Source: a virus (lineage: Duplodnaviria > Caudoviricetes). From it: a DNA stretch of 51,112 bases. Shown piece after piece: positions 44,933-51,112 of the stretch. The notes under the pieces are model-generated. The model did no database searches and was not told where the DNA came from. It saw only the letters and a program-made list of their open reading frames with translations. The stretch spans positions 1 to 51,112 of IMG/VR virus record IMGVR_UViG_3300049180_000045. The stretch is one strand, 5' to 3'. Position numbers and translations under genes: made by a program. Position 1 is the first letter of the stretch. The number at the start of each line of letters is the position of its first letter.

Positions 44933-46321
44933 TTACTTTCCCTCGGTATCCGCGAGCGCTTGTGCAACGCGAGCGCGTGTGATCGGGATGTAGTTCGGAT
45001 CCTTCTCGAATCCCACAAACTTACACCCTTCCATCAGTGCCGCGATCCCGGTCGTGCCTGAACCCGCGAACATGTCGAGCACAGTTCCGCCGCGAGGACA
45101 GACGAGCCGCACGAGCCAACGCATAAGCTCGATCGACTTCAAGGTCGGGTGAAAGTTGCGCGCCCCTCCTGTTCTTCCGGCCCCGGCTCGCGGGCTCTTG
45201 AGTCCTGCGCTTCCGTCCTCACGATCGGTCATGTGGCCGGCCGACTTCACAGGCAAGCCGTTACAGCCGTACTCGCGTTCCTTGCGGCTGACCTTGGGAG
45301 CGTAGAAGAACCGCGAGGGTCCTCCCTTCGCCGTCTTGACGGCCTGATCGTCGACCAGGTAGAGCGGGCACTCGGGGACACACGTCCCGGCCGCTTCGAG
45401 CACGTCTCGCGCCTCGGTGACGTTGCCGGACTCGGCGAGCGTGTTCGCCATTGCTTCAGCTTGATCGCGTGACGCGAGGCAGTAGAGAGAATGGGTCAGG
45501 GTGATATGCTTCGGCCATCCACCGAGCGGGTGTGACTCGTCCCTCTCAACTCGACACCCGTCAATATTCAAGCCCCCGGTCCCGTGGGTGAGCACGTTCG
45601 ACACGAGCGTTCCGGGGAATGGTTTCCTCGCGACGATCCAGTGTTCGCACGCGGGACCGAGCGCTGTTCCCCATCCTTCCCACTGTGCCGCAAGTTCGGT
45701 CGCGGGAGCGGTTAGAAGGTTGCCTGGGTTAGTTTCGCTCTCTTTAAACGTTGAACTCCCGAGGTACCCTTGTTTTTGAGAGGGGCCGACCGCGCGTGAC
45801 GTCGTTCCGATTACTTGTCGCGTTGCGCCGAGTCTCTCGTCAATGGCCTTTCCGAGACTCATAGACTTCGGAAAACCCTGTCCGAACAGGTGCAACAGGA
45901 TCGATGACGACTGACCGTCAATGATACGCCCGAGCGCGTCCCGTTGATTCACGTCGAGCGAGTCGAGAAAATTGGCGAGCGTGAAGTCGGCTGCGGCGAT
46001 ATCGTGAATACGATCGCGAATCTCGAACCCAGCATCTTCGAGCGCGGTCGCGGTCCAGTGTGAGGTACGCGGGATCGCCCACACAACCGCATAGCCCCCG
46101 GGCTTCAGGACGCGGAAGGCTTGTGTGAGGATCATCGTGAGCCACGCAACCCACGCAGCGCGGCCGCCTCGGTTTGAGTCCCATTCCTTTCCCATGAAAT
46201 CGATCCCGGCCGGGGGATCCGTAACGACCGCCTCGACACTGTTGGGGGCGAGCAGTTCTCCAAGACGTTCACTCTCACCGAAGATGACCGCTGCGCGATC
46301 GGTTTCCAGCACCGGAATCAT
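44933..46321 (-). CDS. N6-adenine/N4-cytosine DNA methyltransferase (beta class)
   Basis: VVTDPP, HPTLK, VLDMFAGSGTT. Promoter TTGACG-18-TAGGGT at 46331-46360. Confidence 0.88.
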   Translation of the reverse strand: MIPVLETDRAAVIFGESERLGELLAPNSVEAVVTDPPAGIDFMGKEWDSNRGGRAAWVAWLTMILTQAFRVLKPGGYAVVWAIPRTSHWTATALEDAGFEIRDRIHDIAAADFTLANFLDSLDVNQRDALGRIIDGQSSSILLHLFGQGFPKSMSLGKAIDERLGATRQVIGTTSRAVGPSQKQGYLGSSTFKESETNPGNLLTAPATELAAQWEGWGTALGPACEHWIVARKPFPGTLVSNVLTHGTGGLNIDGCRVERDESHPLGGWPKHITLTHSLYCLASRDQAEAMANTLAESGNVTEARDVLEAAGTCVPECPLYLVDDQAVKTAKGGPSRFFYAPKVSRKEREYGCNGLPVKSAGHMTDREDGSAGLKSPRAGAGRTGGARNFHPTLKSIELMRWLVRLVCPRGGTVLDMFAGSGTTGIAALMEGCKFVGFEKDPNYIPITRARVAQALADTEGK

Positions 46322-46356
46322 AGGAGGGACACCCTAGCCTAACTGTTAACTATCCG

Positions 46357-48489
46357 TCAAGCCGCGAGCAGAAGCGGCCGGCTATACCTGGTCCCGCTCG
46401 CGGAACACTTTTCACCCTTGCCGGTCTTGTGGGCGAACACCGAACCGTCGAAGTCGATCGGGGCGAGCTTGCCGCACGAGCCTATGCACAAGTCCTGCGG
46501 CAAGAGCAGGCCGGCCGCGTTGCGAACTGTTGCGAGATCCTTCGACAGAATGAACCCGAGCGCGGGGTCGGCTTCGATAGCTCCCGCGAGGTCCGGAGTC
46601 ACCTCGCGCATCGCTTGACGCATGATCTCGGCCATACGATCCGCCGCGTCCGTGAGTTGCCAGGGAGAGAGAAACAGCAACTCAGCGATCAGTTCGTCAT
46701 GAACCTGAAGCACGAGACGCGAACCATATAGAGGCGACCGACGGTTCGTGTACATTTCCTGTGCAACACGCCACGTTGCGAGCTTCGCACCGACCGCGCC
46801 TAAACCCTGGAACGGCGTGTTAAGCCATTGCGTGTACCCACACAAGCCGCGAAGGATGTTCGCGCCCGGGATCATCGCGTCAGTAAACGCGCCGTTTCGA
46901 GTGAGGGTTCGAGCAACCCCGAACAATTCCTTCTGTTCTGGCCACGCTTCAAGCCACAACACGCCGTACTTCTTCGACACCGCAACACACGCGGCGCAGA
47001 CCATCTTGGTTTTACCTTGCACTCTGACGGGTTGCCGCTCGACCCCACACTTCTCGGCAACTTTTGCCAAAACGCAAAACTGAACATTGTCTTTCGCTCG
47101 CGCTTGGTAAGCCATCGCGGCATCACCCATCCCCCCGCCCTTACCGAAATTAAAAATCTTAGCGAGGTTGCGGAAAGCTACGACAAGCGGATCCTTTGCT
47201 TTGTAGCGTGCGAGTGTTTCCTCGTACGACAAACCTAGGAATGTGGCAGCGGCGACGCAGTGCAAGTCCTTTTTCCCGAGTAGCGCGTCGGCCATGCGTG
47301 AGTAACCAACTTCCCATATCGCACGCTGCGCCATGGTCCGAAGCTCTAGACCTCCGTAATCGACCGAGCAGTACATACAAGACGGGCAACCGCACCACTC
47401 CCCCCGCGATCTGTGACACTCGCGGATCCCTCCTTTCTGCGGAAGCTGTTGGTAATCGGAACTGACTCGGGTTGTGGACACGAGCGGGTTAAACCGCGCG
47501 TTGATCGGAACGTGGATCCCCTGCTCAATCTTCGGAAGGTAGGTGCTGTGATACTTGTCGACCTTACCGGCTTTCGCGAGGTCTTCCAGCACAGGATCAC
47601 CCGAGTCCGCGAGCGTGTCGCGATCCGTTGCGACCTGTCCCTCGGGGTTCTTCTCGCTCGGGGGAGTGAACGGGGGATCGTTGTTATAGGCGCGAGTTAC
47701 CAGGTCACGCAGCTTCTTCGTGTCTTTGGTTCCGTCTTTGCGGAAGATCCCGAACTCTTGAAACTTCTTCCGGTTCTCGATCCACTCGCGCTCGACCTTG
47801 GAGCGCAACGCGGTAACCGCCGCTTCCTCGGTTCTCACTCCCCAAAGCGAGGCAAGCTGAAGCGCAAGGGAGGCGCGCACCTGGTCGGCTTCCGCGTGAA
47901 GGTTACCGCCGTTCGGCTCTTGCTCGGCTTGCTTCTCTTGCGCGAGGAACACGCCGATCGTGTGTCGCGCGTCGCGTCGCGGATAGTCCGCCGCTTCGGC
48001 CGGCCAGTCAGACAGAGGAACGTGTTCGAGTTCATGGTACCGCGTGCGCCATGTGTCGGGGTTCTTCTTCGAGTCTTTGATGTTGATCCCGAAGTAACGC
48101 ATGACGAGAACGTGAAGCGGGTAGTATGCACCTTCATCGTCATCCAACTTGCGACCCGTCTCGGGATCGATGCCATGGCATCCGCGAGCAATGTCGAGAA
48201 GCGCCTCGCGAATTGCGATGTCGTGAAGCCTCCCTTCATCCGCCGCGCGAAACACGTCCTCGACGATGTCGGGATCATCCGCCATCATTACGCACAGGTC
48301 GTACGCGAGGAACATCCCGACGATACGTGACTTCTTAATGTGCTCGTGAAACCACAACCGAGCCCCCTCTTTCGACAAGAGGAGTTCTGTTCCGGGTTCA
48401 GGTCTGGCAATCGAGCCGCACACGAGAGGGGGCGCGGCGATCCCTGGTTGCCTGACATGCGTTTCCGTATCGAAGCCGAACAGCAACAC
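46357..48489 (-). CDS. DNA polymerase family A with 3'-5' exonuclease domain
   Basis: FDTET, AYD, Y..RD exonuclease motifs. QQLP, DYGGLELR (A), R..AK..NFG (B), VHDEL (C). Confidence 0.93.
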   Translation of the reverse strand: MLLFGFDTETHVRQPGIAAPPLVCGSIARPEPGTELLLSKEGARLWFHEHIKKSRIVGMFLAYDLCVMMADDPDIVEDVFRAADEGRLHDIAIREALLDIARGCHGIDPETGRKLDDDEGAYYPLHVLVMRYFGINIKDSKKNPDTWRTRYHELEHVPLSDWPAEAADYPRRDARHTIGVFLAQEKQAEQEPNGGNLHAEADQVRASLALQLASLWGVRTEEAAVTALRSKVEREWIENRKKFQEFGIFRKDGTKDTKKLRDLVTRAYNNDPPFTPPSEKNPEGQVATDRDTLADSGDPVLEDLAKAGKVDKYHSTYLPKIEQGIHVPINARFNPLVSTTRVSSDYQQLPQKGGIRECHRSRGEWCGCPSCMYCSVDYGGLELRTMAQRAIWEVGYSRMADALLGKKDLHCVAAATFLGLSYEETLARYKAKDPLVVAFRNLAKIFNFGKGGGMGDAAMAYQARAKDNVQFCVLAKVAEKCGVERQPVRVQGKTKMVCAACVAVSKKYGVLWLEAWPEQKELFGVARTLTRNGAFTDAMIPGANILRGLCGYTQWLNTPFQGLGAVGAKLATWRVAQEMYTNRRSPLYGSRLVLQVHDELIAELLFLSPWQLTDAADRMAEIMRQAMREVTPDLAGAIEADPALGFILSKDLATVRNAAGLLLPQDLCIGSCGKLAPIDFDGSVFAHKTGKGEKCSASGTRYSRPLLLAA

Positions 48490-48509
48490 AGAACCTCCAA
48501 GGAACGAGC

Positions 48510-48541
48510 GAGCCCGCGCGAACGAGCATTCGCGCGGGCTC
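48510..48541 (-). terminator. GC hairpin between SSB and polymerase
   Basis: gagcccgcgcgaa-cgagca-ttcgcgcgggctc. Confidence 0.55.
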
Positions 48542-48568
48542 TATCTGACGACGCACTTCAGGACGAGT

Positions 48569-49144
48569 CTAGAACGGGATGTCGCTCGCGGGAGCGTCGA
48601 GCGCAGCGCGGTTCTTCGCGATGGACTCGGCCGTTTGACCCTCGACGTGGATCCACTTTTCGAGGATCATGATCTCGTCTTGCTTCTTCTGTTTGCGCTT
48701 GCGGTAGGTCTCCACACGCACGAGCACACCGCGCAGGGGCTGATGACGCTCGGTCGCGTCGAGGGTCATTTGAATAAATTCTTCCGACCCCTCGCCGACC
48801 TCTCCCTCGGGAGTGCCGTCAATTCCGCAAAGCATGGACTTTGCGTTACTCGGCCCCATTTCCTGACTCAACATGCACACCTTCGACACGATCGAACCGA
48901 CCGCGTTCGGCTTGATCATGTCGAAGGTCTCCCGGGGCCGCAGGAGATCGGGAGCCACGTCCACGGGCGACGCTTCGAGGATCTTGTACTCCCCGAGGAA
49001 CTTCTCGCCCTTGTGACCTCCCGAGAGTTCCATCTTCAGGACCACGCACAGGTACGAACCGTCACGGAAGTAATTCCCTCCCTGACTCCCGCGCGAGCCC
49101 GCGATCTTCTTCGCGAGTGCCTGTCTGTTCAGCGTTTGCGACAT
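48569..49144 (-). CDS. Single-stranded DNA-binding protein (putative)
   Basis: Next to the polymerase, OB-fold-like strands, C-terminal acidic tip ASDIPF. Confidence 0.7.
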   Translation of the reverse strand: MSQTLNRQALAKKIAGSRGSQGGNYFRDGSYLCVVLKMELSGGHKGEKFLGEYKILEASPVDVAPDLLRPRETFDMIKPNAVGSIVSKVCMLSQEMGPSNAKSMLCGIDGTPEGEVGEGSEEFIQMTLDATERHQPLRGVLVRVETYRKRKQKKQDEIMILEKWIHVEGQTAESIAKNRAALDAPASDIPF

Positions 49145-49203
49145 TGTCGGTTCTCGTTTCCGTCTTTCGTTTGCGAGCCCTGCGATACTGGCCAGGGTCC
49201 CGC

Positions 49204-49233
49204 GATCTAAACTGGAAACCGACCGAGTGTCAA
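49204..49233 (-). promoter_or_regulatory. Conserved phage promoter (TTGACA-18-TAGATC)
   Basis: TTGACActcggtcggtttcc...; the -35 contains the orn stop codon. Confidence 0.6.
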
Positions 49234-49835
49234 GGGCCGGACAGTTCCGGAAGAAGAGGGATGCACTCGGGCCGGAACATCAGCGCGAGCCAGTGACGAA
49301 GCTCGCGCTGCGAATGCTCCAAATCCTTGATCGTCGTGTGGTCCGCCTCGCGACCGAGATAAGGCGCTGCGGCCTCGGGTTGCCACATGGACGCGAGAAC
49401 CTTCAGCGTCGACACGTCGATCATTCTGTGCGAGACGTGCGCGAGGAACTCGGGCATGTGCCGATGGATGAACCGGCGATCGAAATGGATCGTGTTGCCG
49501 GCGAGGTAGGTCACCGACGGATTCGGGCAATGTTGACGAACGAGCGAGGTCAGCCGGAACTGCGCATGTCTGACAGGGATCCCGTAGACACGGCACCTGT
49601 CGAGCAGACCGTTACGGGTGTGCATTTCGCGCGCCTTCTCATTCATGCGCGAGATCAGCCCGTCAAGATCGTCGGGCAGAACGAGCCATTCGTCGCGCGC
49701 GATCTCGCTCAGGTGTCGATCGGTGATGATCGTTCCGACCTGAAGCACACCCTCGGTATCGGGATCGAGTCCGGTCGTTTCCGTGTCGAGCCAGACGATC
49801 CGAATCGAATCAAGCGACGGTTTCGGTGATTGCAT
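49230..49835 (-). CDS. orn: Oligoribonuclease-like DEDDh exonuclease
   Basis: VWLDTETTGLDP, IITD, MHTRNGL, LAGNTIHFDRRFI, RMIDVSTLK, H....D...S..ELR.W. Confidence 0.85.
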   Translation of the reverse strand: MQSPKPSLDSIRIVWLDTETTGLDPDTEGVLQVGTIITDRHLSEIARDEWLVLPDDLDGLISRMNEKAREMHTRNGLLDRCRVYGIPVRHAQFRLTSLVRQHCPNPSVTYLAGNTIHFDRRFIHRHMPEFLAHVSHRMIDVSTLKVLASMWQPEAAAPYLGREADHTTIKDLEHSQRELRHWLALMFRPECIPLLPELSGP

Positions 49836-51112
49836 TTGACAGCCCTTTCCAGTCAAACGTGTAGTTTCCATACAGCAACTTCTGCGGATTGCCGGTCGTC
49901 TCGTAAATATATTGAGCACGACCGCGAGCCATCAGGAAATCACCGATGACCTGTTCGGTGTGAAGATAGAACTCGGCCTCGACCTGGTCGGCATTCTGGC
50001 CGGGCCGATGGGTGCGCGCGAGAAGTTGCTCGGTCGCGGCACCGTCACTCGGGCAGTTCCCGATCAGGTTACGCGAGAACATTTGAAGGTTCTTCCCGGT
50101 TCCGTGTGCGCGAATGCTGGCAACGATCGACCGCTTGCCCTTCTCGGTGACAATCTTCGTCGACGCTTCAACCCCCGGCCCATAATGCGGAACGTTCGCC
50201 CGCTTCGCGACCTCTCGACCGAAAGCGTCGTGTTCGTACCACATGATACCGATCCCGGACTTCAGCCATTCGACAGCGTCGGCGACGAGAAAATCAGACA
50301 CCCACACCGCCTCGGTGACGGGCTGAACGCTGTCCTTCAATTCCTTCCACCGAGGCCAGAACTCGGATTCCCAGATCAGAAGAGGACCGTTACGGGTGTG
50401 CGGCGGAATGAAGATGCTCGTCTCTTGCTGCGTGCATGTCATGGCACCGCGAAGCGTGTCGATCTCTTCGAAACACAATCCCTCACACCCGGCCGTGTGT
50501 CTGTGCGGTACGAGCGTCAACTCAAAACATTCGTCGGTGTGTCTGTGTTTGTGAAAGTTGTATCCATCATGCCAGCGGATCGCCGCTTGCGTGATCAGAA
50601 GCGGGGAGTCCATGTGTTCCCGCCCGCGCTTCATTTCGAGGCGAACCTCTTTTCGGAAGTTCTTCCGCGCGTCGAGCCAGAGGTCGACCATTTGCTCGGT
50701 CTCACCTCGGGGAAATCGCCACTTGTAATAGAATCCCGAGGCGAGTTGCGTCGCCGCGTTGTGGATCTCGATGGCTTCGAGCAACTCTTCGCCGTCAGGC
50801 CGACGGTTCAGGTCGACAACCTCGCGGATCAGCCGAAGCACGTCGGCCGGCACCGTCGCGAGCTTCCTCTCGCCGAGAATCAGTGTCGTGCCGAGCGCGC
50901 TTTCTTCCGTGGCAATGACCCCGGGGGTCTCTACCAACCGATCCCTAAACCCTTCCCGGGCTGACTGACCAGGGCGACAAAGTCGTTGAAGGTGGCCAGC
51001 CGGGGCGCGTTTGTCTCCTGCGTCGAGCGCGGCTGACCACTCGTCGAGGGTGGGTTCGTGGACGGGAACGGGAGAACCTTCGCCGAGTGCGTGTCGGGCA
51101 TGGTGGCCGATT
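49810..51112 (-). CDS. SF2-like DNA helicase, 5'-truncated by window edge
   Basis: The frame is open from the window end (...TLDEWSAALD...RLVETPGV). C-terminal helicase motifs HGTGKNLQ and EQLLARTHRPGQ. Confidence 0.8.
   Translation of the reverse strand, partial: IGHHARHALGEGSPVPVHEPTLDEWSAALDAGDKRAPAGHLQRLCRPGQSAREGFRDRLVETPGVIATEESALGTTLILGERKLATVPADVLRLIREVVDLNRRPDGEELLEAIEIHNAATQLASGFYYKWRFPRGETEQMVDLWLDARKNFRKEVRLEMKRGREHMDSPLLITQAAIRWHDGYNFHKHRHTDECFELTLVPHRHTAGCEGLCFEEIDTLRGAMTCTQQETSIFIPPHTRNGPLLIWESEFWPRWKELKDSVQPVTEAVWVSDFLVADAVEWLKSGIGIMWYEHDAFGREVAKRANVPHYGPGVEASTKIVTEKGKRSIVASIRAHGTGKNLQMFSRNLIGNCPSDGAATEQLLARTHRPGQNADQVEAEFYLHTEQVIGDFLMARGRAQYIYETTGNPQKLLYGNYTFDWKGLSNAITETVA

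Larger units (their letters stand above)
1..51112. mobile_element. Tailed dsDNA bacteriophage genome (myovirus-type), partial at both ends
   Basis: Terminase, portal, capsid, sheath, tube, baseplate, lysis and replication genes in phage order. ORFs run off both window edges. No host genes and no integrase seen. Confidence 0.97.

Noticed and set aside
44297-48489. 2-aminoadenine (Z) genome or 7-deazaguanine modification cluster (HD hydrolase + MazG-like + PolA)
   Set aside because: No PurZ or queuosine-pathway/DpdA genes in the window, and the HD protein looks like the ordinary YfdR type. The unseen part of the genome cannot be excluded.
1-51112. Window is a complete circular genome
   Set aside because: Joining the ends does not put the exonuclease frame in frame with the helicase, and the helicase lacks its N-terminal motifs, so sequence is missing.

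Overview
Nearly complete genome (both ends cut inside genes) of a high-GC, contractile-tailed (myovirus-type) dsDNA phage, probably infecting a Gram-negative host (GH19 endolysin, lipoprotein, outer-membrane-type lysis protein). Layout: minus-strand early/replication arm 1-10755 (Cas4-like exonuclease, primase-helicase, short C5-methyltransferase, GIY-YIG, small regulators), an AT-rich repeat-laden divergence region 10782-11150 (candidate ori/pac), a plus-strand late arm 11215-41501 (terminases, DUF1073-type portal, MuF, DUF2213-type protease/scaffold, capsid, neck, sheath, tube, tape measure, baseplate, fibre, lysis, metallophosphoesterase), and a minus-strand DNA-metabolism arm 41455-51112 (resolvase, HD hydrolase, amino-methyltransferase, family A polymerase, SSB, oligoribonuclease, helicase). 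I saw no integrase, tRNA, CRISPR array, reverse transcriptase or intein. Most notable: (1) a recurring [R/K]-x-D-[A/G/S] motif concentrated in head proteins that brackets inserted passenger domains, suggesting protease-released cargo; (2) a single lysis gene with an N-terminal membrane anchor and a C-terminal 4-strand beta-barrel signature (candidate inverted unimolecular spanin); (3) a family of conserved promoters whose -35 box contains the upstream stop codon and whose start codon lies 6-7 nt after the -10 box (leaderless cassettes); (4) an HExxH lipoprotein facing the tail fibre gene. All family assignments come from motif recognition by eye, not from database searches.
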